Assembly: GCA_041687695.1 (NCBI GenBank)
Contig: JAWLBL010000034.1
Location: 1 to 60,379 of the forward strand
Direction: 5' to 3'
Length of the DNA: 60,379 nucleotides
From: Myxococcota bacterium
Lineage (GTDB): Bacteria; Myxococcota_A; UBA9042; PHBI01; JAWLBL01
A model generated the notes under the pieces. That model was not told the DNA's origin, made no database searches, and saw only the letters and a list, made by a program, of their open reading frames with translations. Shown piece by piece: positions 17,692 to 29,400 of this stretch; position 1 is the stretch's first letter; every line of letters begins with the position of its first letter. The position numbers and the translations under genes were made by a program.

Positions 17692-18471
17692 ATGACCGCC
17701 CTTCCGCGCCCCGAAACGCCCGCCCCCATCGCCTGGCCAGGCCCCCTGCCGCGGCACCTCGCCGTCATCATGGACGGCAACGGCCGCTGGGCGACCGCGC
17801 GCGGGCTGCCGCGCATCGAGGGCCACCGCCAGGGCGCCGAGGTGGTCCGCAGCACCGTGCGCCTCGCGCGCCGCCTGGGCATCCAGGCGCTGACCCTGTA
17901 CGCGTTCTCCGAGCAGAACTGGCAGCGCCCCGAGGGCGAGGTCGCGGCGCTGATGCGCCTGCTCTACGACTTCACCCAGTCCGAGCGCCCCGAGCTGCTC
18001 GCCCGCGGCATCCGCTTCCGCTGCGTCGGCGACCTCGAGCGCCTGCCCCTGCCCGTCCAGGCCGCCATCGCCGGCCTGTCCGACGCCACCGCGCACCTGA
18101 CCGACATGCAGCTGTCCATCGCCGTCTCGTACGGCGGCCGCGAGGAGATCGTCCACGCCGCGCGCGTGCTGGCCGAGCAGGCCGCCGCCGGGCACCTCGA
18201 CCCGGCCGACATCGACGCCGCCCGCCTCGAGGACGCCCTGTGGACCCGCGGCCTGCCCGGCGACGTCGACCTCGTCGTGCGGACCAGCGGCGAGCGGCGC
18301 GTGTCGAACTTCCTCCTGTGGCAGATCGCCTACGCCGAGCTGCACTTCACCGACGTGCTCTGGCCCGACTTCTCGGAAGAGCACCTCTTCGAGGCCCTGC
18401 GCGACTTCGGCCGCCGCGAGCGCCGCTTCGGCGGCGTCGACCCGGCCGACGGTTGTCCGTCCGACAGCTGA
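17692..18471 (+). CDS. uppS: Undecaprenyl/polyprenyl diphosphate synthase (cis-prenyltransferase)
   Basis: HLAVIMDGNGRWA, LYAFSEQNWQRP, SYGGREEI, RTSGERRVSNFLLWQIAYAEL, RERRFGG. Confidence 0.95.
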   Translation: MTALPRPETPAPIAWPGPLPRHLAVIMDGNGRWATARGLPRIEGHRQGAEVVRSTVRLARRLGIQALTLYAFSEQNWQRPEGEVAALMRLLYDFTQSERPELLARGIRFRCVGDLERLPLPVQAAIAGLSDATAHLTDMQLSIAVSYGGREEIVHAARVLAEQAAAGHLDPADIDAARLEDALWTRGLPGDVDLVVRTSGERRVSNFLLWQIAYAELHFTDVLWPDFSEEHLFEALRDFGRRERRFGGVDPADGCPSDS

Positions 18472-18483
18472 TCAGCGCCCGGG

Positions 18484-18666
18484 TCAGCCGGCCGCCGCGC
18501 GGAGGTCGGCCCTGATGGACTCGAGCAGCGCGATGTCGTTGCCGAGGTCGGCGTGGTCGTCCTCGGAGGTGGCGGGGTCGTCCTGGCGGGCGCGCCAGAC
18601 TTCCTGCTGGGTCTCGAGGGCGATGAGGATGAAGTGGACGGCCTTTTGCGAAAGCTCGACGCGCAT
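18484..18666 (-). CDS. Small hypothetical protein (60 aa, helical hairpin)
   Basis: Fills an intergenic gap, has protein-like composition (SEDDHADLGNDIALLESI) and GC-biased third codon positions. Confidence 0.55.
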   Translation of the reverse strand: MRVELSQKAVHFILIALETQQEVWRARQDDPATSEDDHADLGNDIALLESIRADLRAAAG

Positions 18667-18740
18667 GGGCGGACTCTGGGAATAAAGCCAATGATTCCGG
18701 TGGGTCGACAGGGGGCGGAGGGTAGGATAGCCGATGTCGC

Positions 18741-21113
18741 GTGATGCGACGCATGACGATTATCGGCTTTGTTTTCGGCATGTTGGTGATGGCCTGGGGC
18801 GGCGTGGCGGCCGCGGCGCCGCCGGACGGGCGGACCCGTGAGCTGCCGGCGGCGGTCGGGCCCACGACCCGGGCGGCGCTCGAGGCGCTGGAGGCCAGCG
18901 AGGGGCCGGTGCGGGCGCGCTACGATCGGCGGCGAGGCACGGCGCGATCGCTACGCGGCAAGCTGGGGCGGCTGGGGCCGAGCGGGGCGGCGCGGGACGA
19001 GGCGGCGTTCAAGGGCTGGGTGGCCGCACACGAGGCGCTGCTGGGCCTGGACGACGGCGCGATGCGTGACGGGGCGGTGCGGCTGACGGCGCTGGTCACC
19101 GATCGGCACGGGCACGCGCACGCCAGCTTCGCGCGGGTGCACCGCGGGCTGCCGGTGTGGGGCAGCGACTTCACGGTGCACGCGGACCCGCGCGGGGTGG
19201 TGACCGCCGTGACCGGCCGCTTCGAAGGGCGGCTGGGGCTGGAGGTGGCTGCGCGGGTGGCCGGGCCCGACGCGCGAGAGCGGGCGCGGCGCCACCCGTG
19301 GAGCCGGGCGGCCGAGACGCGCGCCGAGGCGGCCGAGCTGGGGGTGCTGTCGACCGAGGGCGGGCCGCGCCTGGCGTGGCGGGTCGAGGTGGACGGGGCG
19401 CCCGACGAGGCCTGGGCGGTCTGGGTGGACGCCGACACGGGCGAGATCCTGGACAGCGAGCCGCTGGTCATGGACGCGGTGACGCCGGCCTTCGCCGACG
19501 GGGTCACCGGGGCCGGCAAGAAGGTGCCGCTGGAGGCCGCGTGGTCGGAGGCCCACGGCGGCTTCATCCTGTCGTCGTGGCCGCTGGCGCTGGGCGGTCG
19601 GCGGCACGACACGCTGGACGCGGGCGGGCACGACAAGTTCGACCCGGTGGCCTCGTTCGCGGTGCCGTTCGTCAGCCCGGACGGCGTGTTCGACGACACG
19701 GCCGCGGTCGACGCCCACCGGCACGTGCGGCAGGTGCTGGATTGGCTGCACGACACGCACGGCTGGCGCAGCTGGGACGGCCAGGGCGCCGCGATGACCG
19801 CGCTGGTCCACTTCGGCGAGCAGCTCTCGAACGCCTTCTGGCACGGCAAGCTGAAGGCGATGATGTTCGGCGACGGCGACGGACAGGTGATGACCAGCCT
19901 CGCCGGATGCCTGGACATCGCCGCCCACGAGCTGACCCACGCCGTCATCCAGGCGACCGTGAACCTGGCCTACAAGGGCCAGGCGGGCGCGCTGAACGAG
20001 CACGTCGCCGACGCCTTCAGCACCTTCCTGGACCCGCCGACCGGGGCCGCCGACGACTGGTTCCTGGGCGAGGACTGCATGGGCCCGCGGGCGGGGCGCA
20101 AGTTCCTGCGCCACATGAAGCGTCCCTGGCTGGGCGGGCAGCCGGCGCACCTGTTCGAGTACGTCGAGCTGCCCGAGACCAAGGAGGGCGACTACGGCGG
20201 CGTTCACGTCAACAGCGGCATCCCCAACCGGGCGCTGGCGCTGATGGTCGACGAGCTGGGCGCGCCGAACGTGGCGCGGCTGTACTTCCAGATGCTGTCG
20301 GGGCGCTACCTGCCGTCCACCGCGGACTTCGGCGACTTCCGAGACGGGCTGCTGGCGGCCTGCGACGCCGTCTGGGGGGGCGATGCGTGGGCCTGCAACC
20401 GCGTCCTCGCCTCGATCGAGCGGGTCGGCCTGTACGCCGCGGGCGAGACGCCGCCCTGCCCCGCCGGCTCCGTGAAGGACACGCTGCGCGGGTGCTACTG
20501 CGGCAAGGGGACGCTGTTCGACGAGGCCGCGTGGGCGTGCACCGACGACCCGGGCGAGGCTTGTGGCGGCGTGCCGGCGATGGGCGAGTGCCGGGCGGGG
20601 AGCGTGGTCGCCTGCGAGGGCGGGCAGGTCGTCGAGACCGAGTGCGACGCGGCCGCGGAGGCCTGCCGCTACGCGACCGACGTGCAGGCCCACGTGTGCG
20701 AGCCGGTCACGGCGGCGTGCGCGGAGGCGCCGCAGGGGCGCTGCGACGGCGAGACGCTGGGGCGCTGCGAGGGCGGCCAGTGGGTGAGCGTCGACTGCGC
20801 GGCCGAGGGGCGGACCTGCGAGGAGAGCGCCGCGGGCGCGGCCTGCGTGGCGCCGGTCGGCTGCGTGCGCGACTGCCGTGACCGGGTCTGCGGCGACGAT
20901 GGCTGCGGCGGGACCTGCGGGCAGTGCCCGGCGGGCGACACCTGCGGGCCGGCGGCCCAGTGCGTGGACGCGGGCGGGGGCGAGGGAGGCGACGACGACG
21001 GGTGCGCGGGCGGCGCCGCGAGCGGGGCGTGGGCGGCGGTGATGGCGCTGGGCTGGGCCCTGTCGCGGCGGCGACGACGACGGCTCAGCGACCCGGCGAG
21101 TAGCCGGCCATGA
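18741..21113 (+). CDS. M4 (thermolysin) family metallopeptidase with FTP/PepSY propeptide, Cys-rich repeats and MYXO-CTERM-like anchor
   Basis: NAFW, HELTH, GALNEHVAD and DYGGVHVNSGIPN motifs. Cys-rich CGDDGCGGTCG repeat. Tail GC...WAAVMALGWALSRRRRRR. Confidence 0.93.
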   Translation: MMRRMTIIGFVFGMLVMAWGGVAAAAPPDGRTRELPAAVGPTTRAALEALEASEGPVRARYDRRRGTARSLRGKLGRLGPSGAARDEAAFKGWVAAHEALLGLDDGAMRDGAVRLTALVTDRHGHAHASFARVHRGLPVWGSDFTVHADPRGVVTAVTGRFEGRLGLEVAARVAGPDARERARRHPWSRAAETRAEAAELGVLSTEGGPRLAWRVEVDGAPDEAWAVWVDADTGEILDSEPLVMDAVTPAFADGVTGAGKKVPLEAAWSEAHGGFILSSWPLALGGRRHDTLDAGGHDKFDPVASFAVPFVSPDGVFDDTAAVDAHRHVRQVLDWLHDTHGWRSWDGQGAAMTALVHFGEQLSNAFWHGKLKAMMFGDGDGQVMTSLAGCLDIAAHELTHAVIQATVNLAYKGQAGALNEHVADAFSTFLDPPTGAADDWFLGEDCMGPRAGRKFLRHMKRPWLGGQPAHLFEYVELPETKEGDYGGVHVNSGIPNRALALMVDELGAPNVARLYFQMLSGRYLPSTADFGDFRDGLLAACDAVWGGDAWACNRVLASIERVGLYAAGETPPCPAGSVKDTLRGCYCGKGTLFDEAAWACTDDPGEACGGVPAMGECRAGSVVACEGGQVVETECDAAAEACRYATDVQAHVCEPVTAACAEAPQGRCDGETLGRCEGGQWVSVDCAAEGRTCEESAAGAACVAPVGCVRDCRDRVCGDDGCGGTCGQCPAGDTCGPAAQCVDAGGGEGGDDDGCAGGAASGAWAAVMALGWALSRRRRRRLSDPASSRP

Positions 21114-22464
21114 GCGCGTTCCAGAAGATGTCGGCCAGCCGCTCGTAGCCGGCGCGGGTGAAGTGGACGTAGTCGCCCGCGCCCAGGCGCGGCTCGGAGC
21201 CGACCCACTGCACCATCGACAGGTCGCCGCCCATCGCCGCGACCCAGTCCCAGTACCCGCAGCCGTAGCGCTGGGCCACGCGCCGCTGCACCTCGATGAC
21301 CTGCGCCTGCCGCGGCCGCCGGTGGTAGGTGGTCACGACCTCGCCGTCGAGGCCCGGCGTCTCGACCTTCACCGGGCGGTCCGACGGGCCGATGTAAAGG
21401 CAGCTGGCCTGCGGCACCAGCGAGCGCACGCGGTTGATGACGTGGTCGAGGCGCTTTTCGTAGGCGTCGAGGGGGTCGTCGTCGTCGCCGATGGCGTTGG
21501 TGCCGTAGGCGAGCACGACCAGATCCGGCTTGCGGCGGGTCAGGTGGTCGGCGAAGACGCGCGGGTCCCACTCGAGCTGGCTCGAGGCGCGGGCGCCGTT
21601 GATGCCCAGCTGGTCCATCAGGACGCCGGGGCGGTCGCGCTCGAGGGAGGCCCCGAAGAGCAGGACCTGGCCGTTGCCGCGCGGGCGCAGCTCGATGGTG
21701 TGGCGGCCGTCGGGGACCTCGAAGTGGGCGTAGCCGGGGCCGGGCTCGGCGCTGCGGGTGGAGATGCGCTTGGGCTTGGCGCCGTCGATGCTGACCAGGA
21801 GATCGCCGCCCTTGGGCTGCTTCCAGAAGTACAGCTCGATGTCGGTGACGTTGCGGCCGAACTCGCTGACGCGGGCCGTCTCGATCTTGCAGAAGTCGCG
21901 CTTGTCGTCCGAGGCGAACGAGCAGCCGGCGATGCCGTACAGGCCGTCGTCGCGCGAGTGGCGGGAGCTGACCCAGTAGGGGCTCCAGCCGCGGGAGTAG
22001 TCGATGTTGACGTCGCGGTGGTTGTAGTCGCGCCAGGGCTTGGCGCTGACGACGAAGCCGGGGCCCGAGTCGCCGAAGCGCGCCTGCAGCCGGTGGCGGA
22101 TGAGGCGCGTGAAGCCGTCGCCCGCGACGTGGCTGGCGCCCCAGACCAGGATGCGGGTGGTGCGCTGGCCGCGCTCGGTCTCGCGGAGGCTCTCGTAGAA
22201 GCGGTGCAGCGCGCGGCCGCTGGCGTCCTCGATGGGGGTCGCCACGCCGAGGGTGTCCGCCGGGACGGGCACGTCGGGGGGCAGCAGGCCCTGCTCGGGC
22301 TGCCGCTCGGGCTCGGCGAGCGCCGACGGGGTCGTCGACTGGCGGACGGTGGTGGTCGGCTCGCGGGCGGCGGCGGGCAAGGTGACGAGCAGGGCCCCGA
22401 TGAGGGCCCCGACGAGGGCCGGCTGGCGCGGTCGTCCTGATCCTGAGGGGCGCATCTCGAACAT
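21085..22464 (-). CDS. SGNH/GDSL-family protein, paralogue of 591..2219
   Basis: WGASHVAGD, LQARFGDSGPGF, GINGAR, YGTN and DYVHFT. N-terminal signal peptide. Confidence 0.85.
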   Translation of the reverse strand: MFEMRPSGSGRPRQPALVGALIGALLVTLPAAAREPTTTVRQSTTPSALAEPERQPEQGLLPPDVPVPADTLGVATPIEDASGRALHRFYESLRETERGQRTTRILVWGASHVAGDGFTRLIRHRLQARFGDSGPGFVVSAKPWRDYNHRDVNIDYSRGWSPYWVSSRHSRDDGLYGIAGCSFASDDKRDFCKIETARVSEFGRNVTDIELYFWKQPKGGDLLVSIDGAKPKRISTRSAEPGPGYAHFEVPDGRHTIELRPRGNGQVLLFGASLERDRPGVLMDQLGINGARASSQLEWDPRVFADHLTRRKPDLVVLAYGTNAIGDDDDPLDAYEKRLDHVINRVRSLVPQASCLYIGPSDRPVKVETPGLDGEVVTTYHRRPRQAQVIEVQRRVAQRYGCGYWDWVAAMGGDLSMVQWVGSEPRLGAGDYVHFTRAGYERLADIFWNALMAGYSPGR

Positions 22465-22471
22465 CTCCGCG

Positions 22472-22500
22472 ATGATGGGGGGCCGGGCGGGCCGGGTCAA
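22472..22500 (-). promoter_or_regulatory. Putative sigma70 promoter, probably giving a leaderless mRNA
   Basis: TTGACC-17 bp-CATCAT, then 7 nt to ATG 22464. Confidence 0.5.
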
Positions 22501-22642
22501 CAAAGGCGAGCCCCACATGACGGGCCATAACGGCTCGCCGGACGCCCTTCATCCCGCGCATCCGGCGGAGGTCCGGGGCTTGCCGGAGCCGTTTGGTGCG
22601 CGGCGCAGGAGGCGGCGTGGGTGCGATCGGCGGTGACGCCCG

Positions 22643-23095
22643 CTAAAGAGCGCGGGCGCGCAGGTTCCGGCCGGCCTCGAGCGCGCCCCTGGCGAGGGCC
22701 TCGAGCCGGTCGGCCCCTGTATCTTCGCCGCGATGGGACCACTCGGCCACGATGCGGTCGCGTCGCCACGACAGCGGCGGCGACAGCGCCTCGGCGGCCT
22801 CGAGGGCGTCGCTCGGCGGCAGCCCCGGCTCGACCTCGACCCGCGCGAAGGCCGGGCCAGGCCCCTCGGGCGCCGCGAAGACCAGCCGCACCAGCTGCCC
22901 GTCGACGGCGCCGCGCAAGGTCACCGCCTCGGCCTGCCGCGAGGCCCCGTCCAGCCCCAGCCGCCGCGCCACCTCGGCGCAGGCGTCGGCCACCGCCTGC
23001 CGGCGCGCCCGCTCGGACCGCGCGCGGCGCGCCTCGATGGCCCGCCCCACCACGACCAGCAGCACCAGGACGACGACGATGGCGACCCAGTGCAA
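22643..23095 (-). CDS. Hypothetical membrane-anchored protein
   Basis: N-terminal TM helix (HWVAIVVVLVLLVVVG). Begins 4 bp after the rsgA stop. Confidence 0.65.
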   Translation of the reverse strand: MHWVAIVVVLVLLVVVGRAIEARRARSERARRQAVADACAEVARRLGLDGASRQAEAVTLRGAVDGQLVRLVFAAPEGPGPAFARVEVEPGLPPSDALEAAEALSPPLSWRRDRIVAEWSHRGEDTGADRLEALARGALEAGRNLRARAL

Positions 23096-23099
23096 GACG

Positions 23100-24023
23100 C
23101 TAACCTTCTCCGCGCCGGACCGAGTCGAGGATGCGCAGGTAGCTGGCGTAGCGCTCGCGGTCCACCTCGCCGCGCTCGGCCGCCAGGACCACGGCGCACC
23201 CGGGCTCGCGCTCGTGCAGGCAGTTCCGGAAGCGACACTGGATGCGGTAGGGGCGGAGATCGCGGAAGCCGTAGCCGATGTCCGCCAGATCCGTCCCGGC
23301 CAGGCTGAAGGCGCGCACGCCGGGCGTGTCGGCGATGAGGCCCCCCTCGGGCCACGGCGGGCCGACCGGGTGGCAGGTCGACACCGAGGTCGTGTGGCGC
23401 CCGCGGCCCGTGGCCTCGTTGACCTCGCCGGTCACCAGGGCCGCGCCCGGCACCAGCGCGTTGAGCAGCGTCGACTTGCCGACGCCAGAGTGGCCGACGA
23501 ACACGCTGAAGCCGTCCTCGAGCGCCTCGCGCAGCGGCCCGAGCCCGGCGCCGGTCTGGGCAGACACCTCCCACACCGGGCAGCCCAGCTGGCGATAGGG
23601 CTCCAACACCTCGAGGGCGCGCGCCGCCTCGGGCAGATCCATCTTGTTGAGGATGATGGAGGCCTCGATGTCCTCGGCGTCGGCCGCGACCAGGAAGCGG
23701 TCGACCAGGCCCGGGCGCGGCTCGGGGACGGCGGCCAGCACCACGAACAGGCGGTCGACGTGCGCCGCCATGACCTGCCGCAGGTGCTCGTTGCCGGCCT
23801 GCGGGCGCCACAGCGTCTGGCGGCGCTCCTCGACCTCGACCACCTCGGCGCCGCCGCGGCCCTCGAGGACCCGCACCCGGTCGCCGACCGCCAGGATGAA
23901 GCGCTCGCGCGGCGGGCGGCAGCGCACGCGCCGGCCACGCTCGCCGTGCAGCAGCACCGTGGCGCGGATGCCGTGGACCTCGACCACGGTCCCGCGGCGA
24001 GGCTCCGCGGCCGGGCGCGTCAC
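23100..24023 (-). CDS. rsgA: Ribosome small subunit-dependent GTPase A
   Basis: OB fold AVGDRV, NKMD, GHSGVGKSTL, GRGRHTT, DTPG and Zn finger CRFRNCLHEREPGC. GTG start overlaps the upstream stop. Confidence 0.95.
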   Translation of the reverse strand: MTRPAAEPRRGTVVEVHGIRATVLLHGERGRRVRCRPPRERFILAVGDRVRVLEGRGGAEVVEVEERRQTLWRPQAGNEHLRQVMAAHVDRLFVVLAAVPEPRPGLVDRFLVAADAEDIEASIILNKMDLPEAARALEVLEPYRQLGCPVWEVSAQTGAGLGPLREALEDGFSVFVGHSGVGKSTLLNALVPGAALVTGEVNEATGRGRHTTSVSTCHPVGPPWPEGGLIADTPGVRAFSLAGTDLADIGYGFRDLRPYRIQCRFRNCLHEREPGCAVVLAAERGEVDRERYASYLRILDSVRRGEG

Positions 24024-25153
24024 TTGAGCTGCTGGAAGCTGTAGGTCGCGTCGCCCGCCAGCGTCCGCGGCTCGGGCGAGTCGGCGGTGCGCAGCTTCAG
24101 CAGGTAGCGCGCGCGGTACAGGAAGGTCCACGGCCGCATGAGCCGCTCGACGATGGCGCGCTCGAGCTTGCTCAGCGAGCGGAGATCGTCCAGCCGCCCC
24201 TCGAGGGCGTCGGCCTTGACGATGCCGGTCAGCGCGTCGCCCGAGGCCAGCTGGACCTTCAGCGGGATCTGGTAGCCGCTCTCGGCGTCGGCCTGGAAGC
24301 CGTCGGCGCGCACGTCCAGGTCGGGCTCGTAGACCTCGACCCGCTCGTCGGTCGCGTAGACCAGCCAGCCCTGCACCTTGCCTCCCAGCGACTCGGCCCG
24401 CTCGAAGGCGCTGACCAGCAGCGACCCCTCGGCGCCGATGCCGTTGACGTTGATCCAGCGCTTGGCCATCAGGTACGGCGCGACGTTGCCGGCGCGGTGC
24501 TCGACGAAGCCGAGCCCCTCGAGCTCGATCTCCTCGGGGTCCTGTCCCTCGCGCGGGATGCGCAGGGTCCCGGTGACCTTGGCCCGGGGCGCGATCAAGG
24601 TGGTGACGTAGTAGCGGCCCTGTCCGAAGTCCGCCCGGCCTCCTTCGGGGCGCAGCGCCGGCAGCGCGGACTCGAGCTCGAGGTCGACCTCTAGCTTGGC
24701 GTGCCGGAACTTCAGCTCGGCCTCGCCGACCCGGGCGCTGATCGTGGAGTCGCCGAGGACCGCCTCGAGCTGGCCGGCGGCGGTCGACCACTGCCCGCGG
24801 GGCTTGCGCACCGACGCGCCGAGGCTGGGGCGGTCGGGCAGGTCGAAGCTGACGCGCAGGTCGGCGCGCCCGTTGGCGCCGGCCAGGTTGCTGACCAGCA
24901 GCCGGACGTAGCCGCGGCCGCCGCCCTCGAGCTCGAGGCGGAAGGTCAGCTGCTCGGAGAACGCGCTGCCCTCGGCCCGCGCCGGCGTCGCCGAGACCAT
25001 CGCAAGGTCCCGGTCGGCGAGCTCGTCCGCGGTGCGGCCATCCGGCAGGACGTGGCGGCCGCTCCCACACGCGGCCAGCGCGACGGCCACGGCGAACGAC
25101 GCCAACATCATGATGGAGGGGCGGAAGGATGACGGACCTTTCATGGGCGCCAT
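24020..25153 (-). CDS. Hypothetical lipoprotein, beta-rich (possibly AttH/lipocalin-like double barrel)
   Basis: Lipobox [26 protein letters not shown] and GYQIP motifs. The fold is inferred. Confidence 0.65.
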   Translation of the reverse strand: MAPMKGPSSFRPSIMMLASFAVAVALAACGSGRHVLPDGRTADELADRDLAMVSATPARAEGSAFSEQLTFRLELEGGGRGYVRLLVSNLAGANGRADLRVSFDLPDRPSLGASVRKPRGQWSTAAGQLEAVLGDSTISARVGEAELKFRHAKLEVDLELESALPALRPEGGRADFGQGRYYVTTLIAPRAKVTGTLRIPREGQDPEEIELEGLGFVEHRAGNVAPYLMAKRWINVNGIGAEGSLLVSAFERAESLGGKVQGWLVYATDERVEVYEPDLDVRADGFQADAESGYQIPLKVQLASGDALTGIVKADALEGRLDDLRSLSKLERAIVERLMRPWTFLYRARYLLKLRTADSPEPRTLAGDATYSFQQLK

Positions 25154-25223
25154 CCTGCCTCCGAGGCCGGCGATTGCCAAGCGGCGGCCGGCTTCGGCCG
25201 CGCCGAGGGCGCGCGGCCTGGGG

Positions 25224-26300
<1,077 letters not shown>

Positions 26301-26499
26301 GGGCGCGGTATGTAATCGATGTGGCCGGCGTGGTCATCCGGGATGTCGGGCCGTCGCGCCCGATGCGGGGCGCGGGTCGGTGGCGGACGGGGTTGCAGCG
26401 AACCCCGCGGAACGGTAGAGCGATGCCTTCGCGGCGCCCCCCGACGGGGTGGCGGCGGAGTCGCGTCGGGTCGTTGGGGCCCCGGTCGGTGAGGTCGTG

Positions 26500-29400
26500 A
26501 TGCAGGTGTGGAAGCGTCGGTCGGTGGTGCTCGCGGTGTGCGGCGCCCTCGCGGGTTCGATCTCGGCGTGCGGCGACGGCGCCGCCGATCCGAAGGACAC
26601 GTCCCAGGAGATCGACGCCAGCGACCCCGACACGAAGGGCGACACGGGGGGAGACGCGGGCGGCGACACGCAGGACGACGCCGACCCGGACACGGTGACG
26701 CCCGACGTCGAGGGCGACGGCGACGCGCAGGGCGACGGGGACGGCGACGCGCAGGGCGACGGGGACGGCGACGCGCAGGGCGACGGGGACGGCGACGCGA
26801 CGCAGCTGCCCGACGACGGGCCCGAGGTCACGCCCGACGTGCCCGACGTGCCGGACGTGCCGGACGAGGGCCCCGAGGTGACGCCGGACGTGCCCGACGT
26901 GCCGGACGTCGTCACGGGCACACCACCCGCGGCCGGCGATCTGGTCTTCACCGAGCTGATGATCAACCCGGCCGTGGTGTCGGACCTCGTCGGCGAGTGG
27001 GTCGAGCTGCACAACACGACCGCCGAGGCGCTCGATCTGTCGGGCTGCGTCCTGCACGACGACGGCTCCGAGAGCTTCACCTTCGGCGCCGGCGAGGCGG
27101 TGATCCCGGCCGGGGCCTACTGGGTGCTCGCCCCCTCGGGCGACGCCGCCAAGAACGACGGGGTCACCGTCGACGTCGTGGTCCCCGGCCTGAAGCTGTC
27201 CAACAGCGCCGACGCCGTGGCGCTGACCTGCGACGGGGTCGAGATCGACCGCGTCGCCTACGACGTCGCCGACGGCTTCCCGGTCAAGACCGGCTTCTCG
27301 TCCGCCCTCGACCCGTCGACGCCTCCCTCGGCTACCACCAACGACGAGGTCGCCAGCTGGTGCAGTGGCGCCTCCGCCTATGGCGCCCACAACCACGGCA
27401 GCCCGGGCGCCGCCAACCCGCCCTGCCCCGTCGACGGCGGCCTGGTCACCGCCTGCGTCCTGGCGGCGCCCATCGACCTCAAGGCCCTCGAGGGCACGCC
27501 CGTCGCCGTGCTGGGTCAGGTCTACCAGCCCGGCGTCACCGACGCCTCGCCCTTCCTCGACCCCTTCCCGGGGCTCGTCGCCCAGGCCGGCTGGGGCCCT
27601 GACGGCACCGACCCGCTCGAGGACGGCGACGCCTGGACCTGGACGAACGCCGACGGGACCCAGGGCTGGGTCGACTCCGCCGCCCCGGCCGGGTACGACC
27701 AGTACCAGGTCACCCTCGCGGCCCCGCAGCCGGGCACCTGGGCCTTCGCCTTCCGCTTCTCGCGCGACGGCGGCGACAGCTGGGTCCTGTGCGACACCTC
27801 CGGCAGCGACGACGGCTACCAGCTCGTCGACGCCGGCCGCCTCACCTCGGTCGCCGACCCGTGCGCGCCCAACCCGTGCACCGACGCCCCGGCGCCCCTG
27901 TGCGTGAACGGCACGACCCTGCGCACCTACCCCGCGACCGGCGTTTGCAAGGTCGGCGCCGACTTCGCGGCCTCGTGCTCGTACCCGCACCAGGACGTCC
28001 CGTGCGACCTGACGCTGGGCACGTGCCAGCTGGGCGCCTGCGTGGGCGGCGCGGTGCCCCCGGGCCCCGGCGAGGTCGTCTTCAACGAGATCATGATGTC
28101 GCCGCTGGGCGTGGCGAACCTCAACGGGCAGTGGCTCGAGCTGGCGAGCACGGCGGAGGCGCCGGTCGACCTGACCGGGTGCGTCCTGGCCGACGGCTTC
28201 GGCGGGTCGGTCGCGGTCGGGACGCCGGCCGAGCCGGTGCTGCTCGTGGCCGGCGGCTATGCGGTGCTGGCCGGCGGCGACGAGGCGCTGGGCGGCAAGG
28301 CGCCCGCCGCGACCTGGGGCAGCGAGCTGGCGCTGGGCCAGGGCAGCACGCTCACGCTGACGTGCGGCGGGGTCGAGATCGACGCCGTGACGCTCGACAT
28401 CGACTTCCTGAGCGCGACCTACGGCGATCCGCCGCTGGGCAAGGCTGGCATCGCGCTGCAGCTGGGCTCCGGGGCGCTCGATGCCGCGGCCAACGACGAC
28501 GGCACGCAGTGGTGCCACGCCAAGACGACCTTCCCGACCGGCGATCTCGGCACGCCGGGGGCCGACAACCGGCACTGCCCGTCGCCCGAGCCGGTGGACC
28601 TGTGCCGCCTGGCGCCGCCGCTCGAGCAGGTGGCCGAGGCGGGCGCGAAGGTCACGGTGGTCGGGCAGCTCGTGGAGGCGGGGATGACCGACGTGTCGGC
28701 CGGCAACGACCCGGGCGTGCTGGTCGAGGTCGGGTTCGGCCCGGTCGGCAGCGACCCGAGCCAGGACGCCGACGGCTGGACCCTGTTCGCCGCCGATCCC
28801 ATCGAGGGGTGGACCGAGAGCGAGCCTGGCCTGGACGCGTGGGAGGGCAGCTTTGCGGCGCCGTCGCCGGGCGAATACGCCTATGCGGCGCGCGTGTCGG
28901 TGGACGAGGGCCTGACCTGGACGTGGTGCGATGCGCCCGGGGAGGCCGAGGGCGCCGACGGCTCCGAGGACGGCTTCCAGCCGGCGCTGGCCGGCGCGTT
29001 GACCTCGATCGTCCCGCTGGTGTGCGACCCGAACCCCTGCACGACGCCGCCGGCGCCTGGCTGCAAGGGCGACACGCAGGTCACCTACACGGGGCCGGGC
29101 GCGTGCTCGGCCAGCGGCGGCGAGGCGGTCTGCGCGTGGGGCGAGATCCTGGTCGACTGCACGGCCACCGGGGCGGTCTGCGTGGCCGGCGAGTGCCTGA
29201 CCGACGTCGGCAAGCCAGGGCCGGGCGATCTGGTCATCACCGAGATCATGAAGGACCCGAACGAGCTCGACGACGCGCACGCCGAGTGGTTCGAGGTGCT
29301 CAACGTGTCCGACCTGGCGCTCGACCTCGAGGGGTGTGTCCTCAAGGACAAGGGCACCGACAAGCACACCATCGCGACCGGCAGCAAGCTGATCGCCGGG

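Noticed and set aside
26334..27080. Minus-strand ORF with TSG and SPSPSPCA repeats
   Set aside because: Antisense reading of the acidic tandem-repeat linker of the LTD lipoprotein.
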